The notes under the pieces: generated by a model | Database searches by the model: none | What the model was told of the DNA's origin: nothing | Seen by the model: the letters and a program-made list of their open reading frames with translations, nothing else | Part shown: positions 48,470-58,152 of the stretch, in pieces | Numbering within the stretch: the stretch's first letter is position 1 | Layout: each line of letters begins with the position of its first letter | Assembly (NCBI GenBank): GCA_051003155.1 | Contig: JBPCLO010000012.1 | Location: 1-64,000, forward strand | DNA: 64,000 nt | Direction: 5' to 3' | DNA from: Fimbriimonadales bacterium | GTDB lineage: Bacteria > Armatimonadota > Fimbriimonadia > Fimbriimonadales > ATM1 | Program-made: the position numbers and the translations under genes

Positions 48470-49747
48470 ATGGAGCGGATCGTTATTTTGGGCGGCGGTT
48501 TCGGTGGGCTATACGCCGCCAAGGCGCTGCGCGGTACTCCTGCACACGTGACCCTAATCGACCGACGTAATTACCACCTTTTCCAACCACTCTTGTACCA
48601 AGTCGCCACCGGTTCACTGTCCCCGGGCGATATCGCGGGCCCGCTTCGCTCGATCCTTAAGAAAAGCACCAACTTGCACGTTCTGATGGACGAAATCCTG
48701 GACATCGACCCCGAGCGAAAGGAAGTCGTGCTAACCGACGATCGCGTGCCGTACGACACGCTAATCGTCTCGACCGGCACGCGCCACCACTACTTCGGAC
48801 ACGATGAATGGGCGGCGAACGCGCCTGGGCTCAAATCGATGGAGCAGGCGCTCGAAGTGCGAAACCGCATCTTCAACGCGTTCGAACAGGCAGAGAAGGA
48901 GGACGATCCGGAACCGCGAAGGGCCTGGCTGAGGTTCGTGATCGTGGGAGGCGGCCCCACAGGCGTCGAACTCGCCGGAGCCCTCGCGGAAATATCGCGC
49001 AAAACCGTTCGAGAGGATTTTCGCAACTTCGACTCTGCCGACGCTGAAATACTCCTCCTCGAGGGCCAAGACCGCCTACTCCCAACGTATCCGCCCGACC
49101 TCTCGGCCAAGGCTCGTCACGCGCTCGAAAGGCTCGGCGTAAAGGTCATGCTCAAGACCTTCCTAAAGGACATGAGCGACGACTGCGCTGTGATCGATTT
49201 CGGGGACGGCCCTAAAGATATCCCGGCGCGCACGATCCTTTGGGGCGCAGGGGTCAAGGCGTCTCACCTCGGCGAGGTGCTGCAAACGAATTTTGGCGCT
49301 GAACTTGATAATGTGGGTAGGGTCCAGGTCCAACCCGACCTTACGATTGGTGGCCATCCCGAGGTGTTCGTCATCGGCGACCTCGCGATCGGCCCCAACC
49401 ACGTCTCCGGCGTCGCCCAGGTGGCGATCCAAGGTGGCCAGTACGTCGCGAAAACGATCCGCATCCGCCGGAAAGGTCAGACCCTCCCACCCTTCCACTA
49501 CCGCGACAAAGGCAACATCGCTGTCATCGGGCGAAACTCCGCCGTTGCCCAAATCGGCAAGCTGCACCTCGCCGGTCTCCCCGCATGGATCATCTGGGCC
49601 GTGGTTCACATTGCCTACCTCATCGGCTTCGACAACAAGCTCGTCGTCATGGTCCAGTGGGCGTGGGGCTATATCACCTTCAACCGCAGCGCCCGCCTCA
49701 TCTACCTCGACCGTGGCGGTGCCGCCGAACCGAAATCTCGTGTATAA
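48470..49747 (+). CDS. ndh: Type II NADH dehydrogenase
   Basis: GGGFGG, FQPLLYQVATG, GGGPTGVELAG, IGD, AQVAIQ. Confidence 0.93.
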   Translation: MERIVILGGGFGGLYAAKALRGTPAHVTLIDRRNYHLFQPLLYQVATGSLSPGDIAGPLRSILKKSTNLHVLMDEILDIDPERKEVVLTDDRVPYDTLIVSTGTRHHYFGHDEWAANAPGLKSMEQALEVRNRIFNAFEQAEKEDDPEPRRAWLRFVIVGGGPTGVELAGALAEISRKTVREDFRNFDSADAEILLLEGQDRLLPTYPPDLSAKARHALERLGVKVMLKTFLKDMSDDCAVIDFGDGPKDIPARTILWGAGVKASHLGEVLQTNFGAELDNVGRVQVQPDLTIGGHPEVFVIGDLAIGPNHVSGVAQVAIQGGQYVAKTIRIRRKGQTLPPFHYRDKGNIAVIGRNSAVAQIGKLHLAGLPAWIIWAVVHIAYLIGFDNKLVVMVQWAWGYITFNRSARLIYLDRGGAAEPKSRV

Positions 49748-49754
49748 AGGGTGA

Positions 49755-50357
49755 GTGCGTCCACAGCAAAGGAAGGTAACTCCCGGAGTCAAAGCCGGCC
49801 GTGTTCGCAAGAAGAACCGAGCCGAGCTAAGCAACGACTACTATGTTCATACGCAGCCTTTGCCGGTCGTGGACCGCAAACGGCCGGGTCCTGGATTCAA
49901 ACACCTGCTCACGAAGCAGCACATTTACGACTTCATTGAGATTCTTCCAGATTGGGATGAGCTTTCTCAGGGCTTGGATGCCGTAGTCCTCGCAGCGGGC
50001 CGTCACGATCGCTATGGTTGGCACGTGCCGGGCGTCGTGCACGTGTGCGCTTGGGAGGTCGGAATTTGGGAGAGAGTTACGATCCGATCTTTTGAAGATG
50101 ATCGAGAGATCATGGAGCGCCTGCATGTGCCCATCGAGTCCAATGATGATGAGGTGATACTCAAATTCACCGAAAGCACAGCCAGGGCGTTTCTGCTCCT
50201 CGACGTGTTTCTGCATGAACTTGGCCACCACCACGACAGAATCACCACCAGGAGCAAGCGTGAAGCGGCACGGGGTGAGCCCTACGCGATCGCCTATGCG
50301 GCTGAATATGGAGCCCGTATCTGGCGCGATTACGTTCGACGGTTCGGCGTCGAATAG
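49755..50357 (+). CDS. Hypothetical HEXXH (zincin-like) protein
   Basis: FLHELGHH...E. Confidence 0.7.
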   Translation: MRPQQRKVTPGVKAGRVRKKNRAELSNDYYVHTQPLPVVDRKRPGPGFKHLLTKQHIYDFIEILPDWDELSQGLDAVVLAAGRHDRYGWHVPGVVHVCAWEVGIWERVTIRSFEDDREIMERLHVPIESNDDEVILKFTESTARAFLLLDVFLHELGHHHDRITTRSKREAARGEPYAIAYAAEYGARIWRDYVRRFGVE

Positions 50358-50470
50358 CTCAATCAGTAACCAGCCAAACCGCGCTCACCACCGAGCTTGG
50401 AGAATCGAGCAGCAAATTATCTCCTATCCTCGATTCGCACGTATCGTTTGAACTTCGGTAATAATGTGCC

Positions 50471-51124
50471 ATGGAGCGGTTCTGGCGCCGCCAGATTTCT
50501 CGTACCGGTAAGTGGCGAGAGGCGAATTTCGAGTGGCCCGGCCTCGGCCGATGGATATTGGTCGCGCTTACTCTGCCTATTTTCGCTTTCCAGCTCAGCG
50601 AATCTACGCGGTTCTGGCTATTGCAGATGTTCGATTCCTTTAACCCAGCCCGCTGGTATGTGCTGAAGACTGTCCCCTGGCTGCTTGCACTATGTTTCGG
50701 CATTGCCCTGTCTCTCATCCTTCGCCCCGGGGCGCGCATGATCGTTTTTGCCGCCGTTGGAGTATACGCCGCGCTCTTTGTTGGCAGAACGTTCATGGGG
50801 AGCTTTGCATGGGACGGTACTTTCGATGTTATCGGAATGGACCCTGGCCCCTGGAAAATCCCTCTCTATGAGGGGATTATCCTAGGAGTCATCGCCGGCT
50901 TAGCCTATAACGCGCTTCGCGGTGCCCGTGCAACGCCGTGGAAATTCAAGAACTTGGCATTTCTGGTGCTCGGTCTATGGCTCTTGGCTCTCTCATCATT
51001 TTACGAGCCCAAAGTAGAAATTTTGGATAGTCGGTTCGCGCCGACGAGGCATATCGCGCTGATCGGAGCGGCTGCGTTCGGAACTCTCCTCTTGGTAGCT
51101 ACGCGAGGCGTCGACGAGGAATGA
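50471..51124 (+). CDS. Hypothetical membrane protein
   Basis: About 6 hydrophobic segments; ATGA overlap with the next gene. Confidence 0.55.
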   Translation: MERFWRRQISRTGKWREANFEWPGLGRWILVALTLPIFAFQLSESTRFWLLQMFDSFNPARWYVLKTVPWLLALCFGIALSLILRPGARMIVFAAVGVYAALFVGRTFMGSFAWDGTFDVIGMDPGPWKIPLYEGIILGVIAGLAYNALRGARATPWKFKNLAFLVLGLWLLALSSFYEPKVEILDSRFAPTRHIALIGAAAFGTLLLVATRGVDEE

Positions 51125-51690
51125 GGATGAAACAGACAGCTCAGGGTTACACACTTTTCGAATTGCTGGCTTCGATTGCGATCATAGCGATTCTCGCAGC
51201 GATCTTGTTGACCACCTATTCGTCGGGGGTTCGCAAAGCGCAGAGCCTATGCATTTCAAATCTACAGCAGATCGGCCATGCCATGGCGCTATATCGGGAC
51301 GACCATGGCGAATATCCGATGAACAACATGAACTGGCCCGGACTCCAGCCCTACTTGGGGTACTCGAAATTGAGATGTCCTGTGGTAGAAAAACCGTTGT
51401 CAATAGGCGATTACCTCTTGCATGCATTCTTCCCCGATGGCTTAGCAGAAACGGCCGCAAAGCGCGAATGCATGGCCCTAAGGAGCGCGGAGTACCCAAT
51501 CGCATTCGATATGAACCACAATTCCCAACTTGTGATTCGGAGTATCGAGGAGGCGTTCATGCTTGTTCTGAGGCAAGGTGGTTCCGTGGAGCGCTTGCCT
51601 TCAGGAAGACTCGACGAGATATCTACGCTCTTGAGAAAGAGAGACTCGAACTTACCTTGTCCGGAAGCCGGTTCTTCCGACAACTTGTAG
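51121..51690 (+). CDS. Prepilin-type N-terminal cleavage/methylation protein (pseudopilin-like)
   Basis: GYTLFELLASIAIIAILAAIL, CISNLQQIG.A..LY. Confidence 0.85.
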   Translation: MRMKQTAQGYTLFELLASIAIIAILAAILLTTYSSGVRKAQSLCISNLQQIGHAMALYRDDHGEYPMNNMNWPGLQPYLGYSKLRCPVVEKPLSIGDYLLHAFFPDGLAETAAKRECMALRSAEYPIAFDMNHNSQLVIRSIEEAFMLVLRQGGSVERLPSGRLDEISTLLRKRDSNLPCPEAGSSDNL

Positions 51691-51706
51691 CAACTTCCGG
51701 CAAAGA

Positions 51707-53677
51707 CTATTCCATAACGAGCCGTATTGCGGCCAGTACCCGGTCGGTATCCGGTAGCGCAGCATATTCGTAAACCGGGTTGAAGCCGATATGCACGTCG
51801 GGCTTGGAAACCAACTGCGGGGGGCTGATAAACGAGCCCCACGATTCCGGGTCGCTCGCAAGCGACTGGATGACGGTCTGCCCGAAGCTGCAAGTCTCGC
51901 TGTCCTCTTGAACCACCACGAGCCGCCCGGTCTTTTCCAATGACGCCGCCACAACATCCCGATCCCAAGGCACGATCCCGCGAAGGTCGATCACCTCGCA
52001 CGAAACCTCGCCATCCAGCTTAACGGCAGCCTCCATCGCTTGCTCTGTGCAGTTGCCCCACGCAACCACCGTCACATCGTCCCCTGCTCGCTGGATCGCC
52101 GCCTCGCCGAAACCGACCGCGGGCACGTTCTCGGGCACGTCCATCTGCATCCGGAACAGGTGCTTGGGGATCAGAAACACGGTAGGGTCATCGGCCTTCA
52201 TTGCCGTCCACATCATCGCCGCAGCGTCCTGCGGGTTGCTCGGGATCATCACTCGCAGGCCGGGAAAATGTGCGACGCTCGCCTCGTTCGCCTGGCTGTG
52301 CCAAAGCGACCCGCCCGGCAAGTAGGCCCCGTAAGGCGCGTAGATAACGCAGGGGCAAGGCCACCCGTCGAAGCTCCGCCAGCGGATTGTTGCAATATTG
52401 TTGACTAACTGGCTCCAGCCCGGACCCACGAAGTCGATGAACTGCAATTCGAATACCGGCCGCATACCATAGCAAGCCAGCCCGCATGCCACACCCACTA
52501 TCGTCGCCTCAGCCAAAGGCGAGTTGAAAACGCGGTCCGGGTGGGCAGTCGAAAGGCCGTCCGTGAGCTTGAAAACTCCGCCCTTCGGGTCCTCGATGTC
52601 TTCACCGAAGAAAACGATCCGCGTGTCGCGATCCAGCGCGACCTTGAAAACGTGGTTCAGCGCGTCGACCATCCGCCACTTTCGGCCCCCCTCGATCGGA
52701 GGCGGCTCCGGCGTAGGCAGGTCGCCATAGAGGAAGTCCATGGTCTCCTCGGCCAGCGGATCGGGGGAATCTTCCGCTTCGATATAGTCGCGGTCTACCG
52801 AGTCCTTGATCTCGTCTTGGATGGCTTCCCACTTCTTTTCCGTGAGGTCGCCGGCCGCGATCAGTTCTTGCGCCATGGTCACGATCGGGTCGCGGGTCAT
52901 CATCGCGTCGATATCTTCCTGGGTCCGGTAAACGCGGTGATCGTCGCTGCTGGTGTGGCTGCTCAGGCGGTCAAGCTCGCACCAGAGCATCGTCGGCCCC
53001 TCCCCACGCCGCGCTTTCTCGACGGCGGCCTTGCCTGCCTCGTAAACGCGATCCGGATGCCGCGCATCGACGCGAACGAGGCTGTCGCCACCCAGGACGC
53101 CCAGATTGTACGGGTTCATGGCCTCGGTGTTCGTGCTGATCCCGTACTTATTGTCTTCCATCACGAAGACGATCGGGAGCTTCTCTTGAACCGCGAACGC
53201 GATGGCTTCGTAAACCTCGCCCTGTCGGCTGGCTGCGTCGCCGAACGTCGCCACAACCAGGCTGTCCTTGCCCTCCAGCTTCATGCCGAACGCCGCGCCG
53301 CATCCGGGGAGCACGTTGCCGGCGGTCGGCGTGGGCACGCTCCAGATGTTCTTCTCACGATTGCTGTAGTGGCCGGGCATTTGGCGGCCGCCGCTGCTGC
53401 TGTTGCGCTTGGCGAAGTAAGCGTACGCCATTTCCAGGTCGGTCATGCCCTTTTGCAACAATATTGCGCGGTCGCGGTAATAAGGGAAAACGTAGTCGTC
53501 GTCCCGCAGGTGGAGGACCAGAGCGGCCAGCGCTTCGTGTCCCATGCCGGAAACCTGGAACCAGCCCTTGCTCTGTCGCAGCAGCACGCCTTCGCGGCGG
53601 TCTCCTTCGCGGCTCAGGAACATAAGCCTCAGAAAGTCAAGCTTGTTGTAGGTCTTCTCGTTGGAAATGGCGGCCAT
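51707..53677 (-). CDS. 2-oxoacid dehydrogenase E1, fused alpha/beta subunits
   Basis: GHEA, PYYRD, GDAA...EDNKYGIS TPP motif, SHTSSDD, GEDI, SPLAE. Confidence 0.93.
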   Translation of the reverse strand: MAAISNEKTYNKLDFLRLMFLSREGDRREGVLLRQSKGWFQVSGMGHEALAALVLHLRDDDYVFPYYRDRAILLQKGMTDLEMAYAYFAKRNSSSGGRQMPGHYSNREKNIWSVPTPTAGNVLPGCGAAFGMKLEGKDSLVVATFGDAASRQGEVYEAIAFAVQEKLPIVFVMEDNKYGISTNTEAMNPYNLGVLGGDSLVRVDARHPDRVYEAGKAAVEKARRGEGPTMLWCELDRLSSHTSSDDHRVYRTQEDIDAMMTRDPIVTMAQELIAAGDLTEKKWEAIQDEIKDSVDRDYIEAEDSPDPLAEETMDFLYGDLPTPEPPPIEGGRKWRMVDALNHVFKVALDRDTRIVFFGEDIEDPKGGVFKLTDGLSTAHPDRVFNSPLAEATIVGVACGLACYGMRPVFELQFIDFVGPGWSQLVNNIATIRWRSFDGWPCPCVIYAPYGAYLPGGSLWHSQANEASVAHFPGLRVMIPSNPQDAAAMMWTAMKADDPTVFLIPKHLFRMQMDVPENVPAVGFGEAAIQRAGDDVTVVAWGNCTEQAMEAAVKLDGEVSCEVIDLRGIVPWDRDVVAASLEKTGRLVVVQEDSETCSFGQTVIQSLASDPESWGSFISPPQLVSKPDVHIGFNPVYEYAALPDTDRVLAAIRLVME

Positions 53678-53736
53678 CGTCTTTGATATACCCCGTATGT
53701 CGCCCGGCTTCGCTGCGCGGGCTGTTGGGCGCTATT

Positions 53737-54378
53737 TTACTCGCCAGGGCTTTCAGCTATCACGACGAGGATCTCCTCGCGGCACAAAGGAATGAACTTC
53801 AGCTCGAAGAAGCCCGATCGATTCCCGACCTTCAACTCGCTCCTCACGCAGCGAGACCGAAGCGCTTTCGATGCCGCGCGAACCTCGTTGGCCAACGAAT
53901 CGGGCGCATCATATCCCGCGAAGGCGTCTTCGCCGATCCGGCCCGTCGCGGGGAGAAACCACGGGTCCGCCCGGGCCAGCGGATAGACTCCCAAAAGAGT
54001 TCCGTCTGTTGCGACTTTGATGCATGGGTCCGGCATCGCCTGGATCAGCCTTTCCAGACGCTCCTCGCGCTGAAGAAGCATGGCCTCCAGGCGTTTGCGG
54101 GCTTCGATTTCCGCGCGCAGCCGCGCCTCGATATCCTGGTTGGCCGCGGATGCCGCTTGCTCGCCGACGAGCATCGCGAGTTCGGGCCTGGAAAGGTGCC
54201 CGACCTTGGTCCGAATCCTTCCCCAATACGTCGATACCGTCGCCCTGGCGATCCCGAGCTTGTTTGCAATGGAATCGTCGGTAAAACCGTGCACCGACAG
54301 CATCAAAATAGCGCGCTCCCTCCCCGAGAGCGTCGCCAATACCCCTTGGTCGTCGATAGGCCCGTCTGAATCACTCAC
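53737..54378 (-). CDS. LuxR-type HTH regulator with C-terminal PAS-like domain
   Basis: LSGRERAIL...IANKLGIARATVSTYWGRIRTK; coiled coil; LIQAMPD. Confidence 0.8.
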   Translation of the reverse strand: MSDSDGPIDDQGVLATLSGRERAILMLSVHGFTDDSIANKLGIARATVSTYWGRIRTKVGHLSRPELAMLVGEQAASAANQDIEARLRAEIEARKRLEAMLLQREERLERLIQAMPDPCIKVATDGTLLGVYPLARADPWFLPATGRIGEDAFAGYDAPDSLANEVRAASKALRSRCVRSELKVGNRSGFFELKFIPLCREEILVVIAESPGE

Positions 54379-54537
54379 TAAGCAGATTACGTCCCCCTAC
54401 ATTAAGAACGGATACGCGGGCCTTTTGTTCGATGGATAAGCATCCACGGGGCCAAGGGCCATACCTGCAATGGAACGGCGGCATACACTATAATGGTTAA
54501 AGGCATTGGCCACCGAACAGGAGGTCCACCGAACAAC

Positions 54538-54951
54538 ATGGCTCAACGAGAAGAAGTACTGACTCCCGAAATCACGCTGACCGAAAAGGCGGCGTCCGAA
54601 ATCAAAGACCTCTTGCAGGAGCAAGGCAAGCCCGAGGCGGGTCTTCGAGTCTGGGTCGCGGGCGGCGGTTGCTCCGGCCTTCAGTACGGCATGGCCATCG
54701 ACGATGGCGAGGCCGAAGAGGGCGACCGGATCTTCGAGCACCTCGGCGTCAAGGTCCTGGTGGACCCGGCGAGCCTCTCCTACATGGCCGGTTCCGTGGT
54801 CGACTATGTCGACGACGTTCTCGGCGGCGGCTTCAAGATCGAAAACCCCCAAGCCACCCGCTCCTGCGGATGCGGCAGCTCCTTCGCCACGGAAGAAGGC
54901 GAGGCCGGCGCCACCGGCGGCGGCTGCGGCAGCTGCGGGCACTCTTCTTAG
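54538..54951 (+). CDS. A-type Fe-S carrier (HesB/IscA/ErpA family)
   Basis: GGGCSGLQY, FKIENP, SCGCGSSF. Confidence 0.95.
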   Translation: MAQREEVLTPEITLTEKAASEIKDLLQEQGKPEAGLRVWVAGGGCSGLQYGMAIDDGEAEEGDRIFEHLGVKVLVDPASLSYMAGSVVDYVDDVLGGGFKIENPQATRSCGCGSSFATEEGEAGATGGGCGSCGHSS

Positions 54952-55159
54952 ACTGCAGCACTTCGTCATCACGACACCCATGTACTAGGGATGTGGTGTG
55001 ATGTCGCGCTTGCGTGAGCGATGATAAGAAGGCTGAAAGCACATGAATGAGGAGCTTTCTGAAACATGAACTAGCCTATTTCTTGGAACCTGTCGCGCAG
55101 GTTAATGGGAAAGGGGGCGGTACGACTCTCCGTTCAGTAAACCAGGTAGGCTTCACCCA

Positions 55160-56038
55160 ATGCGCGTTCGTGGCAAGGTACTGCCGTGCGTCAATTCCGA
55201 GTTGATCGTGCAGCAGGTCCGGCCGACTGTTGAACTGTTGATAAACTTGGACCAGAGCCACCCTGACATCCTTGCCAATGCCGTAATAGACCCCGCTCAT
55301 TATCATCGAAGCAATGTTTTCCGCTCCGCAATCGAAACAATTCGCGGGCAGCAGGCCGCAATCCAGACGGTACCGCGCGAGCAATTCGTTGGGAGGATAC
55401 TGGAGGCGATGGAGGACAAAGGGCTGCTTTCGTCAGCTCAGAAGACTCCACCGGGGGTCCGATGGGACTTTACTGCGGAACTGGAGACAAATCCAAGGCG
55501 ACGCGTTGCTATCGAGGTCAAGGGCGGGGAGGGCAACAGCCTCAACCTTTCGAATCGCCCGCCAGACTACCAAGAGTTCATCATCTGGTCTCACCTAGAC
55601 GGCAGCGTAATTCACAGTCCCGCTCGGGGCGCTCAAGCGGTCATAGGTCGCGTGGTGGCCGACATCATCAAGGCACCGAAGCAAATCGACGCGCTAATTT
55701 TCCGCGACAAACTTTGCGGCACTGAAGCAAGACCGTGTCCAAAGTATGCCGGCGGTTCTCATCCCGTGCTTGGACCGGCGCCGGACATCTTCTTGCTTCC
55801 CTCAGCCGTACCTATTTTCGGTCGCGATCTGCATCCTCCAGTTCATACGGAAGCCACATGTTCTTTTCCGTTTCGTCTACTAGATTTCTTCGGGGTCAGC
55901 ATCGAAAATAGGCCCATTCACGTCCATACAGTAGATATTCGTCTATATCTCAACGGTAACATCCCGATGCGCGAGGTCATAGTTCGACAAAACGGCGTAG
56001 AGCAGTTTCGAAATTCTGCGAAAGTTCAGGTCAGATGA
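55160..56038 (+). CDS. Putative PD-(D/E)XK restriction endonuclease
   Basis: RWDF...AIEVKG motif; ATGA-coupled to a DNA methyltransferase. Confidence 0.6.
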   Translation: MRVRGKVLPCVNSELIVQQVRPTVELLINLDQSHPDILANAVIDPAHYHRSNVFRSAIETIRGQQAAIQTVPREQFVGRILEAMEDKGLLSSAQKTPPGVRWDFTAELETNPRRRVAIEVKGGEGNSLNLSNRPPDYQEFIIWSHLDGSVIHSPARGAQAVIGRVVADIIKAPKQIDALIFRDKLCGTEARPCPKYAGGSHPVLGPAPDIFLLPSAVPIFGRDLHPPVHTEATCSFPFRLLDFFGVSIENRPIHVHTVDIRLYLNGNIPMREVIVRQNGVEQFRNSAKVQVR

Positions 56039-57183
56039 TAAATTCTGAGGTAAGAGAAGCGGTCCTCCCCTTTGGGTTGGTTCCGTCGTTGTGGGAGGGA
56101 TCGTTCAACGGCAGGGAATGCTCCCTGCATCAGTTGGCCCCTTATGTTGGAAAACTAAAGACCGGGATGGTCACGGCAATGTTGGACGAGTTTACGGAGA
56201 TTGGAGACACTGTCTTAGACCCTTTCGGCGGCAGCGGTGTGGTTCCACTGCAGGCATTACTACAGGGCCGCAAAGCGATCTCAAATGACTTAAGCGAATA
56301 CGCCTACGCGCTTACGCTCGGCAAATTGGCCGCGCCTAAAAGTGTTTGTCAAGCCCTTGCACTAGCCGACCTGGTTATTCATGAGGTCGAACGGCTTCGC
56401 AATGATTTTCAGCCGCAGGAGGTACCTGAGTGGGTCCGATCGTTCTTCCACCCTCGCACCCTTAAAGAGGTGCTAATAGCCTTCGAGGCCTGCCGCAAAC
56501 TAAAGACCCCTTTTGTTCAAGCGTGCCTGCTTGGCATTCTTCATCACGTTAGGCCGGGGTTCTTATCTTATCCGGCATCGCACTTGACCCCATACCTCCG
56601 TGAAAAAATGTATCCACGAGCAGGAAATCCCGAGATGTATGCGTATCGCGAGCTCGCAACTCGCCTAAGAGCGAAGGTTCACCGCGCTTATCGCCGCCCG
56701 TCCTACGCGAACTGGACACTTGCGGATTACCGCGTTGACAAGGTCAATTCGATAGACCTACCATACATGCCACAAAGTGTAGATGCAGTCATCTCGAGCC
56801 CTCCATATTTCGGCGCACTGGATTACGCACGAGATAACAGGCTTCGTCTATGGTTTCTGGGTGTCGAGGATTGGCGCGACCTCGACAAATCTTTGACGGC
56901 AAGCCAGTCTGTGTACCTCAGTCAGATGCGCAAGTGCCTACTCGAAATGTTCAGGGTCCTTAGGCCAGGAGCACATTGCATTCTCGTCCTAGGCGATGTG
57001 AGCAGAAACGGCAAGATGCGAGAGACCGCCGAAATAATTGCCGAGGAAGCAATTGATGTCTCCAACGACGGCTTTGAGGTTTTGCGAATTGTCGTAGACC
57101 AGATACCGGATGATCGCCGCTCGCGACGGCGTACCGTTACGACCAAGTACGAAAAGATTCTAATTATGCGGAAGCGGATCTGA
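56035..57183 (+). CDS. Amino-DNA methyltransferase, probably N4-cytosine
   Basis: PYVGK, VLDPFGGSG (motif I) before ISSPPY (motif IV), RVLRPG. Confidence 0.88.
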   Translation: MINSEVREAVLPFGLVPSLWEGSFNGRECSLHQLAPYVGKLKTGMVTAMLDEFTEIGDTVLDPFGGSGVVPLQALLQGRKAISNDLSEYAYALTLGKLAAPKSVCQALALADLVIHEVERLRNDFQPQEVPEWVRSFFHPRTLKEVLIAFEACRKLKTPFVQACLLGILHHVRPGFLSYPASHLTPYLREKMYPRAGNPEMYAYRELATRLRAKVHRAYRRPSYANWTLADYRVDKVNSIDLPYMPQSVDAVISSPPYFGALDYARDNRLRLWFLGVEDWRDLDKSLTASQSVYLSQMRKCLLEMFRVLRPGAHCILVLGDVSRNGKMRETAEIIAEEAIDVSNDGFEVLRIVVDQIPDDRRSRRRTVTTKYEKILIMRKRI

Positions 57184-57491
57184 GCTGTAACGTTGCAATT
57201 TTCATAGGCGCAGGCTTCCTGGCAACCATGCAGGAAACATGGCAACTTGTCGACATGGCGCTGCGCTCGTCACCTAAATGGATAATTGTCGGCTACAGCT
57301 TGCCGGCCTATGACGAGCTTGTACAACGACTGCTTAGGGAAGCGGCCTCACATAATCCGACGGTGCATGTCTTTGATCCAGACCCTTCAGTTGCGCGCAA
57401 ATTCGTGACGCTTCTGCCGGGCTCGTCGATTCAAGCGCACGCAGGTATCCCAGACGGGATTCCAGATGTTGCACCGATCTTCAATGCGTAG
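57180..57491 (+). pseudogene. SIR2-like gene with a large internal in-frame deletion
   Basis: Frame reads SCNVAIFIGAGF-LATMQETW...WIIVGYSLPAYD; the N- and C-terminal sirtuin motifs are only ~25 aa apart. Confidence 0.65.
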
Positions 57492-58152
57492 AACTTGCTT
57501 CTCTTTCTTGCCTACCACGCCGTGGTGGTCCTTTCAAGGATTGGAAGGATAGGGCGGAACATGATGGAGCCACCGGGTGCGCTGGCGGAGCGGGCATGAT
57601 CGCTACGGCCGTTCGAATCTAGCTGAATCGTCGGGAAACAGCCGTCGATACATATCGGGGTGATTCTCTTTCAGCTAGTCGCACATGTTCCGATGATCTC
57701 GTTCCACTTGACCTCGTCATCTCGTTCGCCGCCTTGCCGGTCGCTGTCGAGATTTCCCAACCTGCCCTCAAATGAACCGGAAGTTCCATTTCAGACTCCA
57801 TCTTCATTCGCCGAACGGTGCAGTAGTGCATGCCTGCGGTGGTGCCGAGGGCCGGAGCGCTTCCTTGTTCAGCTTTTCCAGCATTTCTTCGATCTTTTTA
57901 TCAGTTGTGTCTGACATCATCGAAGCCAGTCGAGTTTAGACGATCGAAGTGGCCGGATTGGACGGATAGCCGATACGACGGCCTTGACAGACTGTGTGGA
58001 CCGCTGATTGACTTGCGCGTCCCCAGAGTCCCAATCAGGCAGGATGTCGCGATCAATCTACGCCAGGACCGAACAAAAAAGTGTCCGTCTTATTTAACGA
58101 TGAATCGGCGTCACGTGCTCGTTAGAGGCCCAGACGAACCGGGGCTTGCTAG

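Noticed and set aside
57605..57625. GTTCGAATC near the edge of the defence islet as a tRNA/att site
   Set aside because: No T-stem pairing and no matching direct repeat at the other edge
57600..58150. Stop-riddled - strand coding-like remnants after the SIR2 relic
   Set aside because: No family could be recognised, so no feature is called
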